Source: Cyanobacteria bacterium LVE1205-1 (GTDB taxonomy: Bacteria > Cyanobacteriota > Cyanobacteriia > CAIUCS01). Taken from it: DNA of 64,000 nucleotides. Under the pieces are notes generated by a model. It had not been told where the DNA came from. It worked only from the letters and a program-made list of their open reading frames with translations, and did no database searches. A program made the position numbers and the translations under genes. Position 1 is the first letter of the stretch. Each line of letters begins with the position of its first letter. The stretch is taken from positions 3,155,081-3,219,080 of the forward strand of contig CP089922.1 in the NCBI GenBank assembly GCA_041879355.1, written 5' to 3'. Below are positions 1 to 11,227 of this stretch, in pieces.

Positions 1-2011
1 AACCGCGGTCGGCGAGTTTTGTAACCACAGCGGGATTGATATCAACACATACCATTTTTACCCCGGCGGGTGTCATATTGCCTACCCCAATGGAATGGAG
101 CATGGATGAGAGCATTAATATTAAATCAGACCCCTGTATTAACCGACTGTAATCAGCCTGGGCTTGTAATAAATCCATTTGGGTATCGGGTAGTGGACCG
201 TCATCACGAATAGAACCAGCTAAGGCGAAGGGAACTCCGCGGCAAATACATTCGTAAAAGATTCCACTGTTCAAGACCCCTTGTGCCACAGCCTGGCGAA
301 TACCACCCCACCGACGAATGGTATTGATGGCTTTGAGGTGGTGACGATGCCCGCCCCGCACAGAAACTCCCCGCTTCATATCCACCCCAAGGGATGTTCC
401 CATCATTGATTGTTCTATATCGTGAACCGCGATCGCATTCCCACCCAATAGGGCTTGCACATATCCGTCTCGAATTAACTGAGATAGGTGGAGACCACCG
501 CCAGTGTGAATCACCACCGGACCAGCCACCACTGCCACCTTACCACCGCGATCGCGGATATGGCGTAAATCCCAAGCTATTTGTTCTACCACCAATTCCA
601 CCCGCCGTTCACTCGACACACCAGCACCCATAAAACTAAATTCCTGGGTATGGCGTTGGTCTCGTGATTCGGGATTCCGCACGGAACGAATTCCTTCAAC
701 CCCCACAGCCACCTGTTCCCCTACAACTAAGTCCCGAAGTAGTTTGCATTCAGCAATAGAACCGGTGGGGGTTGAATGGACGACAATCGCTGCGTCCATT
801 CGTTGATTAGTCACCCGAACCCATTCACAATTGATGCGTATTTCTGTGGGATAAATGGTGGTTACATAGAAGTCTTCCGGAGCTACCCCCATTTGATTCA
901 CTACTGCCAAGTGAATATCACATACTTCACGAGTGGAAGGAATGGCTCCTAAACCAATTAATTGACTGAGGATTTCTTCCATCAAGTCATGGGATGGGGC
1001 AGAAACCTTCACCTCCGCCCTAGATGTGCTTTGTCGTTGCTCCCCCAACTCAAAGTTTAATACTTGAAAGCTCCCCCCCTTCCACAATTAAATCCAGCGC
1101 CCGATTGATTAGCCCGGAATCGAGTAAGTGCCCCTCTAGCAGAACTGTACGGTTTTCAATCATTGACTGTAACCCTAATTCCCGTCCCGTAGGTACAGGT
1201 TCTGTTACCCGTAAGGTTAAACATTTAGCGGCTCCCCCAGCCTTTAAAAATTCAGTTAGTGGGGTTTCCCACACCTCAAACCCTAATTCATTTAACTGTT
1301 GCGTTAAGTTGGTACTAGCACGATTCATAATGATAATCGAACCAAGATTAACTGAATTACAGGCAAATACATCCGCATCAGCTTCCGCAACAATGATTCG
1401 TTTTTCAACGGGTACTCGTAATTCAATTAAACGATTGGAGTAGGCATCAAATGCGGGGGATAATATAGTAGGTAGCCACTGCTGAGGGGACAAAAGCAGG
1501 TATCTAAATGATAAAACCGTTCATCTACCAACCGTAACGATAACACTTCAATATCCAGCCAATCTGATAGGTAGGCATGGGCATCTAATTCTGAACGAAA
1601 GCCATAACCAGCCCAGAGCCAACGCCCCTCCCTGTCGAACAGGGCATCCCCAGCCCCTTCAAAGGGGAGTTCCTTGGGTAGTTCGTATACCGTAAACCCA
1701 TTGGAGGCAAACCATGCCTTAAAGTAAGGTTCTTCCCCTTGCCGCTCCCGATGTAAAAATCGACTGAGTACCACGCGATCGCCCAACACTAAACCGGCAT
1801 TGGCGGTAAAAACCATATCGGGCCAACCCACTGCGGGGGTTACTAAATCAACAATTGCCCGTTTCTGAATTAAGTGATATAAACCTTGCCATTGCTCAAC
1901 AGCCCGGTCACGGGATGATTTGTGGATATTTCCCTCCATCCAGGGATTAATTACGTAGTCAACTTCGTAGTGATCCGGTGAACACATTAAAAAACGTAGG
2001 GATTCGGTCAT
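1..2011 (-). CDS. argZ: Arginine dihydrolase ArgZ/AgrE (amidinotransferase plus LOR/SDH-like C-terminal region); runs off the window; split by two apparent frameshifts (~1455, ~1075)
   Basis: Starts MTESLRFLMCSPDHYEVDYVINPWM; motifs PDMVFTANAG, FEGAGD, FYHLDTCF, EFLKAGGAAKCLTL, LEGHLLDSGL. After the C run at ~1073-1079 the frame continues GSFQVLNFELGEQRQSTS towards base 1. Confidence 0.9.
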
Positions 2012-2234
2012 GACTTCAGGAGGGAGAAATGGAAAAAGGGTAAACCTTATTTTATTATGCTGGGGCACTGATTAATGTCATGAATTACTTACAAACTATT
2101 GAACAGAACGGGAAAAAAGCCTAGTATTAATTTTGATGCAATAAATGAAATAACAGTTGTGAATTTATTTCACATGAAGGGTGGCATCCATGAATATTTC
2201 TCCCACAGTATGTACCCATCCCTGGGGGTATCTC

Positions 2235-2308
2235 CCTCCGTCGTCCGGGAAGATGCCATCGAATATGGCTTCATCGGCACGCTACGGGGACTGAAATATG
2301 GGTGTCGT
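2235..2308 (+). pseudogene. hsdR: 5' stub of a type I restriction enzyme R subunit (HsdR-like)
   Basis: PSVVREDAIEYGFIGTLRGLKY resembles, from memory, N-termini of HsdR proteins (..IEYGFIGxLxxLKYEYR..). An hsdM fragment lies on the same strand 1.3 kb downstream. Confidence 0.55.
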
Positions 2309-2333
2309 ATTGCACGCCCATCCCCGAATTATG

Positions 2334-3095
2334 TGGCGTTCCTTCAGAACGCAATTCTATCCGTGCTCCATACCTAGGGTTGCACCCTGGGCTGGTATGT
2401 AGCCGCCCCGTTGGGGCGATGGTTTGTCCCAACGGGACACCGCATATCAGCCCTGGGTGCAACCCTGGGAACCATGCCAGGCAAATCCCCGCGTTCTGAA
2501 GGAACGCTGCATATCCCCGAACGGGAACCCGCCCCCGATCCAACCCGACGTGGCGTTCCTTCAGAACCCATGTATGTTATCCTACGCATACCTAGGGCGT
2601 TCCCATACCCAGGGCGTTGCCCAGGGCTGGTATGCCCCGCCCCGTTGGGGCGATGGTTTGTCCCAACGGGACACCGCATATCAGCCCTGGGTGCAACCCT
2701 GGGAACCATGCCAGGCAAATCCCCGCGTTCTGAAGGAACGCTGCATATCCCCGAACGGGAACCCGCCCCCGATCCAACCCGACGTGGCGTTCCTTCAGAA
2801 CCCATGTATGTTATCCTACGCATACCCAGGGCGTTCCCATACCCAGGGCGTTGCCCAGGGCTGGTATGCCCCGCCCCGTTGGGGCGATGGTTTGTCCCAA
2901 CGGGACACCGCATATCAGCCCTGGGTGCAACCCTGGGAACCATGCCAGGCAAATCCCCGCGTTCTGAAGGAACGCCGCATATCCCCGAACGGGAACCCAC
3001 GCCCGATCCAACCCGACGTGGCGTTCCTTCAGAACCCATGTATGTTATCCTAGGCATACCCAGGGCTAGTATGCACGGCTCCGTTGGAGCCGAAA
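2334..3095. repeat. Tandem array of inverted REP-like doublets (REPIN/BIME-like), period 234 bp, about 3.3 units
   Basis: TGGCGTTCCTTCAGAAC recurs at 2334, 2551, 2785 and 3019. Each unit has a forward element (GCGTTCCTTCAGAAC..CCCAGGGCGTTGCCCAGGGCTGGTATG..CCCCGTTGGGGC) and its inverted partner (GTCCCAACGGGAC..CATATCAGCCCTGGGTGCAACCCTGGG..GTTCTGAAGGAACGC). Confidence 0.95.
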
Positions 3096-3113
3096 ACCAA
3101 AAATTGATTCCTC

Positions 3114-3566
3114 ATGCCACAATCACTCTCCAACATCCTCATTCATTTGATATGGAGCACCAAGGACCGCTATCCGTGGCTGTCGCCAGGCATGCGTGAG
3201 AAGACCCACGCCTTTCTCGCCGGGGCAGTACGGCACATGGATTGCGAGGCGTATCGCGTCGGCGGCATGGCGGATCATGTGCATCTGGCGGTGCGTCTTT
3301 CCCGCACTCTTTCCGTGGCAGACTTGGTGAAGGAAGTCAAAACCGCGTCCAGTAAATGCCTGAAAGAAGGAGGCTCGGAGTTCAACGGCTTCTACTGGCA
3401 ACAGGGCTACGGAGCATTCTCCGTGGGCATGAGTCAGAAGGACACCCTGCTCCATTACATCGACACCCAGGAGGAACACCACCGCACGGGGACGTTTCAG
3501 GAGGAATACCGTTACTTTCTCTCCAAATACGCAATCGATTATAACGAACGCTATGTGTGGGACTGA
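3114..3566 (+). mobile_element. tnpA: Y1 HUH tyrosine transposase (IS200-like TnpA / REP-associated RAYT), intact
   Basis: 150-aa ORF with IHLIWSTKDR, HUH motif DHVHL, FYWQQGYGAFSV and catalytic Tyr in YIDTQEEHH; REP-like palindromes on both sides. Confidence 0.92.
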
Positions 3567-3601
3567 CCAAAATGATGCGGACATGAGAGCCATTACCCCA
3601 A

Positions 3602-3642
3602 TCAGCCCCGAAGGGGCATCCGCATACCAGCCCAGAGCGTTC
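3602..3642 (-). repeat. Partial REP-like element downstream of the transposase
   Basis: GCCCCGAAGGGGC..GCATACCAGCCCAG matches the inverted array element; it is truncated at the hsdM junction. Confidence 0.7.
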
Positions 3643-3643
3643 G

Positions 3644-4283
3644 TTCTCCTACCGCTGGAAACCCACCGACGCGCTGGACGACGACGGGCGTTTCAAGAGC
3701 CACGGACTGGACCCCAAGTCCGCTGCCGACTTCGGCTTCCTGCTGCACGGCTTTCACTTCCTGAAGAACGAAGGCGTGATGTCCATCATCCTGGCTCCAC
3801 GGTGTACTGTTCCGGGGCGGTGCCGAGGAATATATCCGCGCCAATCCGCTCAAGGACGACCACATTGATACCGTCATTGGCCTGCCCGCCAATCTCTTCT
3901 ACTCCACCGGCATCCCGGTGTGCATCCTGCCGCTCAAGAAGTGCAAGAAGCCCGACGACGTGCTGTTCATCAATGCCGCCGAGCACTTCGAGAAAGGCAA
4001 ACAGCAAAACTAGCTCAAGCCCGAGCATATCGCCAAGATCATCGAGGCTTACCAAAACCGCACCGAGGAACCCCGATACTCCCGCCGGGTGGAGATGGTC
4101 GAGATCGAGAAGAACGATTTCAATCTGAACATCTCGCGCTACATCAGTACAGTGACCGCCGAGGAGGAGATTGATTTGACGGCAACACATACCGAGCTAA
4201 CGAAGATCCATAGCTCGATTCAAACGGCAACGACCAAACACAATGAGTTCTTGAAGGAGTTGGGTCTACCATTGTTGCCATGA
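3644..4283 (+). pseudogene. hsdM: C-terminal fragment of a type I R-M methyltransferase (HsdM)
   Basis: FSYRWKPTDALDDDGRF..KSAADFGFLLHG..; frameshift ~3796; HGVLFRGGAEE..DTVIGLPANLFYSTGIPVCIL..LFINA; in-frame TAG at 4011; NDFNLNISRYI..HNEFLKELGLPLLP*. Confidence 0.9.
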
Positions 4284-4617
4284 GGCGGGGAACCGGGGAC
4301 AGGATCAAAATACCACCTGCTGCCAAAAGTGCACGGCATTTTTGAGTATGAGTACCACAATTAACCAGAGCGGAATGAAGGGATTTATGGGGAGGGGGTA
4401 TAAACAGGTAATGAAATCAACCGAAAGAGAACCATCAATGACCATACTACACGAACATACACTTTATTTTTAAAAGAATGAACCCAATTAAAATCGCAAA
4501 CATCGGTAAACCAATCGGGGTATACTTTAAGTTAATGACATAAATTAAAGATTACTAAACACACATTTTAAGATAATTGACCTGTGGTGAGTTTTATATA
4601 TAAGAATCCCGGAGGGT

Positions 4618-5057
4618 GTGGTGGAACTGTCCTCAAAAAGTGAATATGCTCTACTAGCAATGGTTGAATTAGCGATCGCCTATCCTACAGGAGAACCATT
4701 ACAAATTCGTCAAATTGCTGCTCAGCAATCTATTCCTGATCGTTATCTGGAGCAACTATTGGCGAGCCTTCGTCGTTGTGGGTTGATTCGCAGTCAGAGG
4801 GGAGCGAAGGGGGGTATCTTCTAGTAAGAGACCCCAGCAACATCAACCTATTAGAGATTTTGAACTGTATTGAAGGGTTAGATAAACAACCTGTTGAAGA
4901 AACCCTAAATGCTAAAACCTTGGAAGGTGCCACCGTATATGACATCTGGCAAGAAGCGGGGCAAGCAGCTTTTGCAGTTCTTCATAGTTATAGTTTGCAG
5001 GATTTAGCTGAAAAATGTAAAGCTCGGAAACAATTGGACATTATGTACTACATTTAA
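4618..5057 (+). CDS. Rrf2 family transcriptional regulator (apparent frameshift at G run ~4809-4815)
   Basis: ELSSKSEYALLA..IRQIAAQQSIPDRYLEQLL..SQRGAKGG continues in the next frame as GYLLVRDP..ILNCIEG. Confidence 0.88.
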
Positions 5058-5248
5058 CCTTAGGGGATTTCAATGATTGTTACCCATTCAAACTACAACA
5101 ACAATAGACCATTTTGAAGGGTAGTCAAACCGAATAGCACCCTACAGCATGCCTTCGTCAAGGCAAATAATTCTTCAAAAAGATGATGAGCTTACTTCCC
5201 ACATGGCGTTAGAATTAAAATACCTAATATACGTTTGATTAAATTTTT

Positions 5249-6538
5249 ATGAATCCTGCCTTAACTCAATTTGGCACCCAAATGGCTCAACTGACAGGGG
5301 TAAGAGCAATCATGAGGGATATCAATGAAACATTGCGGGCAGGTTCTGCACAGGAATTAATCAACCTGAGTGCAGGTAACCCTGTGATTTTACCTGAAGT
5401 TGAACAATTATGGCGAGACTGTACTACGGCTCTACTTGCCAGTAATGAATATGGGAAAGTAGTTTGTCGATATGGATCCAGTCAGGGGTATGAACCCTTA
5501 GTTCAATCAATTATTGAAGATTTTAACCTTCGCTATGGTTTATCTTTGACTGAACGAAATATATTAATCACCCCTGGCAGCCAAGAGCTATACTTCTATG
5601 CTGCGAATTCCTACGGGGGCTATGTGTCTCCGGGGGTACTAAAAAAGATAATTCTGCCGTTAAGCCCCGAATATACGGGTTATGGTGGAGTTGCCCTATT
5701 TCCGGAAGCTTTAGTTGCCAATAAAACAGCCTTAGAGGTGGATGGGGCTAATCATCGGTTCAAATATCGTCCTGACTTTAACCGCTTAGACATTGGTGAA
5801 CAAACTGGATGTATCATTTTTTCCCGTCCTTGTAACCCCACTGGGAATGTGATGACCGATGAAGAGGTTCTCAAAATTGCGAATTTGGCAGCACCATTGA
5901 ACATTCCTGTATTTATTGACTCAGCCTACGGTCCCCCATTTCCTGCTCTCAACTTTACGGAAATGACTCCCATATTCACTGATAATATTATTCACTGTCT
6001 GAGTCTGTCTAAAGCAGGTCTGCCAGGGGAGCGGATTGGAATTGCCATCGGGAATGAAAGGGTAATCCAAGCTTTAGAGAGTTTCCAAACTAATTTATGT
6101 ATTCATGCTTCACGGTATGGTCAGGCAATTGCAGCCCGTGCAATTGCCTCTGGGGCTTTAGCCCATACCGCAGTTCATGTTATCCGCCCTCACTACTTTA
6201 ATAAATTTGCGATTGTAGAGCAAACCCTCAACCAGGCAATGCCCCATCAGTTACCCTGGTTTCTCCATCGAGGAGAGGGAGCCATCTTCGCCTGGTTATG
6301 GCTTCAGGATCTTCCTTTGACGGATTGGCAGCTTTATCAAGAGCTAAAGAAAGTTGGTGTAATTGTTGTGCCAGGAAGTTCATTTTTCCCAGGCTTAAAG
6401 GACAAGTGGTCCCACTCTCGTGAATGTTTACGAATCAGTCTAACCGAGTCAGATTCCAACATTGAAGTGGCAATGAAGCGACTGGCATCCGTTGTGGAAA
6501 AAGCTTATCAACAAAACCCATGCTCCCTAGTCAGTTAG
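5249..6538 (+). CDS. avtA: Valine--pyruvate aminotransferase
   Basis: PLP aminotransferase class I: INLSAGNP, SRPCNPTGN, IDSAYG, SLSKAGLPGERIG. Confidence 0.9.
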   Translation: MNPALTQFGTQMAQLTGVRAIMRDINETLRAGSAQELINLSAGNPVILPEVEQLWRDCTTALLASNEYGKVVCRYGSSQGYEPLVQSIIEDFNLRYGLSLTERNILITPGSQELYFYAANSYGGYVSPGVLKKIILPLSPEYTGYGGVALFPEALVANKTALEVDGANHRFKYRPDFNRLDIGEQTGCIIFSRPCNPTGNVMTDEEVLKIANLAAPLNIPVFIDSAYGPPFPALNFTEMTPIFTDNIIHCLSLSKAGLPGERIGIAIGNERVIQALESFQTNLCIHASRYGQAIAARAIASGALAHTAVHVIRPHYFNKFAIVEQTLNQAMPHQLPWFLHRGEGAIFAWLWLQDLPLTDWQLYQELKKVGVIVVPGSSFFPGLKDKWSHSRECLRISLTESDSNIEVAMKRLASVVEKAYQQNPCSLVS

Positions 6539-7546
6539 GGGTATGAAATCCGTACACAATGCTAACCAGCAGTGCTATAGTAACCCAGCTTACAATACAA
6601 TCTCTGGTCAACATGAATGCTGCTTCAATGATTTGAGGAGTAATTGGATGAATGGCATTCCCTAATAAGGGTTTGGATTTTAACCGCCCGTGATAGTAAT
6701 TATCTCCCCCAGTTGCACCCCTAATCGGGAGGCATAGATACATTCACTCCAACCAGAGTTGGGGCTCGGGTCATGGGGAGCATCCCGTTGACAAATTCTA
6801 ATCATCGTCAACGGCTGTCCCGATAAAACCGCTAAGGTTAAAACATGCAGACGACAAGGCAGCCATGTGGCAAAATCTTCTAAACGAGCACTAAACCACC
6901 CAATATCCCTATAAGGCTCCTGCTGGTAACCAACCATGGAATCAAGGGTGCTTAATGCTTTATAAGCCATCGCCCAAGGAGCCGCAAGGTTGGCATCCAC
7001 CATGCAAACAAAGGACAAGCCAGCTCCCAAAAAAGCATAAAATAGAGGGGCAGTGACACCATCCACAGCATTTTCCGTGATGGTTTCTAGGATTGCCCTC
7101 AAAATTTCTTCCCTTGACAGATGAGTGGTATCCCTCCCCACGTAATGACTCAGACGATGGCGTGCTAAACTGAGATTTCCGTCTTGGAGAGGAGTTAACA
7201 CATCATTGGCGGCCTCTTGTAAACTTCGTCCTGCCAAACAACTGGCAACCAACATCGTTGTTATGGCGGCACCCAACCAAGGGTTTAACATGGCAGCAAC
7301 GTGAACAAATCCCCAGGTTGCCACCCCACAGCCACCCACGAGCAAACATACCAAAACCACCCCTGCCCATCTTTTGCGGTGGGGATGGTAATTGAATGGC
7401 AGCACCCATTCCACATACCTTTGGATGACCCATCCCATCATCTGCACTGGATGTAACCAACGTGACGGATCCCCAATCAGGTGATCCACCAACACCGCCA
7501 GAACCACAGATAAAAAAAGATGACTTGAATGGATACTCAATCCCAT
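6531..7546 (-). CDS. cbiB: Adenosylcobinamide-phosphate synthase (apparent frameshift at C run ~6706-6710)
   Basis: IGDP..HPV, VGRDT, ENAVDGVTAPLFY, STLDSMVGY, SPNSGWSE, LGVQLGG / DNYYHG..KPLLG. Confidence 0.92.
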
Positions 7547-7549
7547 TAT

Positions 7550-8215
7550 TTAAGCACTAGGAGCATTACACACCAATTGTTGGAGGGTGCTTCTCATTTG
7601 GGAGAACACGACTTGCAAGTCTCCACCTTTTCCCCCTGTGAGCTTATCATAAAAACTAATCAGTGGAATTACATTGATTTGCATCTCCTTAGGTCCAAAC
7701 CTGCGTAAAAATTCAATTAATGTCACTTTGGAGTCATCCGCGACGGATAGAACAAACGCTGAACGGAGGGACTTCACATCACCTGCACGGGTAGGAGTAT
7801 AGACATATTGATTAATTTGGTCTAGAACAATTTCACCAATTGGACTATTCAAAAACCGATCAAAGGTAGTGAAGTTTACCCCAAATTTATTCAAATCCAG
7901 TTCTTGAGTTAATACTTGTCTAAATGCTTCAGGTTTAACCTGAGCTTGATCTAACAGACTTTTTAAGGTATTAGGGGGTTGATTAGTATTCACTAAAGTA
8001 TCAAGATCAACCAAATTAATAGAAATGGTACCCAAGGGAACTGGAAGAACAAGGGTTATTTTCTCCAAAGCCATAGCCATGGGATTGATGAGTAAAATGG
8101 CAAGAAATGCACCTAAAAATGCTAAAGCCCCCGTTGATAAAAACTTGGGAAGTTTCTGCTGAAAGAGTTGGGTAAATTGATGATACCCATGGTAAAGCAG
8201 ACCATTAACGGACAT
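7550..8215 (-). CDS. DUF1400 (cyanobacterial alpha/beta hydrolase-associated) domain protein
   Basis: Signal-like N-terminus, then ALEKI..FLNSPIGEIVL..LRSAFVLSVADDSKVTLIEFLRRF, which fits the DUF1400 pattern. Confidence 0.7.
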   Translation of the reverse strand: MSVNGLLYHGYHQFTQLFQQKLPKFLSTGALAFLGAFLAILLINPMAMALEKITLVLPVPLGTISINLVDLDTLVNTNQPPNTLKSLLDQAQVKPEAFRQVLTQELDLNKFGVNFTTFDRFLNSPIGEIVLDQINQYVYTPTRAGDVKSLRSAFVLSVADDSKVTLIEFLRRFGPKEMQINVIPLISFYDKLTGGKGGDLQVVFSQMRSTLQQLVCNAPSA

Positions 8216-8345
8216 AAGAGTACTCCATAGGAAATGAAATCATGGTGTTAACTCGGAACGGTATTACTATATGAGGGAAGAAAACTAAGTCAGGTTGGAT
8301 TAATCTGACGGTTGGTCTTCTTAATTTGTTTCAAATCTGATTATT

Positions 8346-9943
8346 CTACCGGAAAACTTTTTGGGGTGTCCGGTTGGGACGGACTTGAATTCGGGGTGTA
8401 TCTAGTAATGACTGACCTGTCATTTCTTCTGGCTGGGGTATGTTTAAGATCTGTAAAATGGTAGGGGCAATGTCAGCAAGCCGTCCATTACTGCGAAATT
8501 CAACATCAGTTCCATAATAGGGTATCTTCAAACGTTCTCCCTCAATTAAAATAAATGGCACAGGGTTAGTGGTATGAGCAGTCCATGGGTTTCCCTGTTC
8601 ATCAGCCATATATTCGGCATTGCCATGATCGGCGGTAATTAGGGCAATACCACCAGATTTACCAATGCTGGAAATTAATCGCCCTAAGCAGTGATCAACC
8701 GTGGCTATTGCATCAATGGTTGGCTGCATCATTCCCGTATGTCCAACCATGTCAGGGTTGGCATAATTTACAACTATGAGGGAATAAATTCCCTTGGTAA
8801 TAGCCTCAATCACTTTTTCCGTAACAATTTGGGCAGACATACTTGGAGAACGGTCATAGGTGGCTACCATGGGGCTGGCTATTAATTCCCGGTCTTCTCC
8901 CGCAAATGGTTCTTCAATGCCACCATTAAAGAAATAGGTGACGTGGGCATATTTTTCAGTTTCAGCGGTACGAAACTGCTTTAATCCGTGTTGGGCGATC
9001 ACTTGCCCCAGCATATTATTTAAGTTTTGGGGTTCGAATGCAACTAAAACTGGCAAGGAAGGATCGTATTGAGTCAAGGTGAGAAAAGATAACGGCTTGA
9101 TCAATTGTCGTTCAAAACCATTGAAACTGGGGTCTACAAAAGCATAGGTCAACTGTCGGGCGCGATCGGGGCGAAAGTTATAAAAAATCACCCCATCCCC
9201 AGCCTCTACAGCACCGGGCGCCACCCGAATGGGTACTATAAATTCATCTGTAACTCCATTGGCATAACTCTCTCGGATAACTTCCAACGGGGATTTGCCA
9301 CAGCCTCCTCCATCCTGAGTCATTATTTCATAAGCTTTTTGAGTGCGAGCCCAGCGGTGGTCACGGTCCATACTATAGTATCGTCCAGCAACCGTTACAA
9401 TTCGCCCTAGGTTGGTTTGAGCAATATAGGATTCAATTTTTTCAACCGTATCCTGTCCATCGGTGGGGTTTGTATCCCTACCGTCTGTAATTACATGGAT
9501 GCACACATCTTGAATATCTTGGTCTTTAGCGAAGTCAATTAATCCAAACAAATGATTCACATGGGAATGAACTCCGCCATCAGAGCATAAACCAATTAAA
9601 TGAAGTTTCTTTTTGCATTGTCTAACCTCACGGGAAAGTTTAAGCAACGCCGAATTTGACCGCAGAGTTCCATCCTCCACTGCATCTGAAATTCTGACTA
9701 ATTCTTGGGGACGACGCGACCAGCCCCTATATTAAGATGACCAACTTCAGAATTTCCCATTTGTCCATCGGGTAGTCCTACGGCTTTGCCTGAAGTTTGG
9801 ATTAAGGTATGGGGATAAGTTGCCCACAGACTGTCCATAATTGGTGTTATGGCTTGGGCGATCGCATTATTTTGAGTATCTTCCCGATAACCCCAGCCAT
9901 CTAGGATTACTAAAACCAACGGCGGAATTGGTGCATGTGCCAT
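8346..9943 (-). CDS. gpmI: 2,3-bisphosphoglycerate-independent phosphoglycerate mutase (apparent frameshift ~9706-9710)
   Basis: [63 protein letters not shown]. Confidence 0.95.
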
Positions 9944-10394
9944 AATATTCACCACAAAACGTTCTCTAATGAATAACCGGTTCACTGTGAACAGTCAAAC
10001 GACTGAGCCTTAATGTACAGGTTGATAGTAATATTCTTCTTTGAAAGTAATCAGAAATTTAAGAGAAATCATATGATTATCCAATAATCTAGGTGTTAAG
10101 ACCAACGTTGTGATCAAATAGTTGAGTATGTCAAGAACCCCCCTGAGTTCACCCCTATCCCCCGTGGTTTTGTTCAATCATTGAAAATTTAGTGATCCTG
10201 GCAGATCCCTTGATATTGCAGAAAAAGGACAGTTACTATCCACCAATCGGGTATAGTGAAACTACATTTGGCAACTGTAAAGATGCCATAATAACGCAAG
10301 TGAAGTGTTCATTCCCACAGAATTTCTGTAGAGTCGTCACTAACCACTAATCATCTAACCACAGACTTCGTCCATTTACCCCCAATTATTAATC

Positions 10395-11180
10395 ATGGCT
10401 TTTGTAGGGTTGGTTTTACTCATCGTTGCTGTAGTATTATTTTTTAATTATCAAGGTCAGAAAAATAAATTGACCAACCTCTTATCCGCTGAGGCAGTGA
10501 CCATAGAAAATATTAAGGCAACAGCTGCAGCCATTTCTGATTCAATTGGTGTGGGTAGCTGTCGTGAATATGTCAAGGTAAAAGGGGTTATCCAGTGTGA
10601 AACCCCTCTTCTCTCTGAATTAAAACAAGAACCCTGTGTACATTATGAAATGAACGTAACTCGGGAATACGAAGAAACCGTCACTCGCACTGATAGTGAG
10701 GGGGAAACCCATCGTGAAACAGAGCGAAGGTCTGAAACTATCTCTAGTAATCAACGTTCCATCCATTTTCAGTTACAAGACAACACAGGCATCATCGAGG
10801 TAAATCCGGAGGAAGCCAATATGGAAACTATTTCTATTCTCAACGAATTTCGTCCAGGTTCCTCCAGAGGGGGGCTAATTTCCTTCGGTAATTTTTCTTT
10901 TGCCCTGGGTAGTTCCTTTGGTGATACCAATACCTTAGGCTATCGCTACCAGGAGTCAATTTTACCGGTTGGGCGACAGGTTTTTATTTTAGCAACTGCT
11001 TCCGATGAAAGTGGTACTCTCACCCTAGAAAAACCCTTAAACCACCATCAAACGTTTTTAATTTCTTTAAAGAATGAAGAAAACCTTGTCCAATCCGCCA
11101 AATCAGCTCAGGTTTATTTGTTGTGGGGGACAGTTGCCTCTGTTATCATAGGGGCTATCCTCATCCTGCTTGGACGTTAA
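10395..11180 (+). CDS. GIDE-domain membrane protein ('E3 ubiquitin ligase family', no RING finger)
   Basis: N- and C-terminal TM helices; VKVKG..PLLSEL..PCVHY..F.LQDNTG.I.V.P..GYRYQESILPVG. Confidence 0.7.
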   Translation: MAFVGLVLLIVAVVLFFNYQGQKNKLTNLLSAEAVTIENIKATAAAISDSIGVGSCREYVKVKGVIQCETPLLSELKQEPCVHYEMNVTREYEETVTRTDSEGETHRETERRSETISSNQRSIHFQLQDNTGIIEVNPEEANMETISILNEFRPGSSRGGLISFGNFSFALGSSFGDTNTLGYRYQESILPVGRQVFILATASDESGTLTLEKPLNHHQTFLISLKNEENLVQSAKSAQVYLLWGTVASVIIGAILILLGR

Positions 11181-11227
11181 TAGTATCGCTAGTATCACAA
11201 CGACAGAATCCTTTATTCCAGTTTAGT

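Noticed and set aside
2334-3095. Possible CRISPR array
   Set aside because: The sequences between repeats are near-identical rather than unique spacers, elements alternate in orientation, and no cas genes are present.
2271-3199. Several long overlapping ORFs on both strands across the repeat array
   Set aside because: The 234-bp period equals 78 codons, so any stop-free frame propagates; the translations are repetitive and resemble no protein family.
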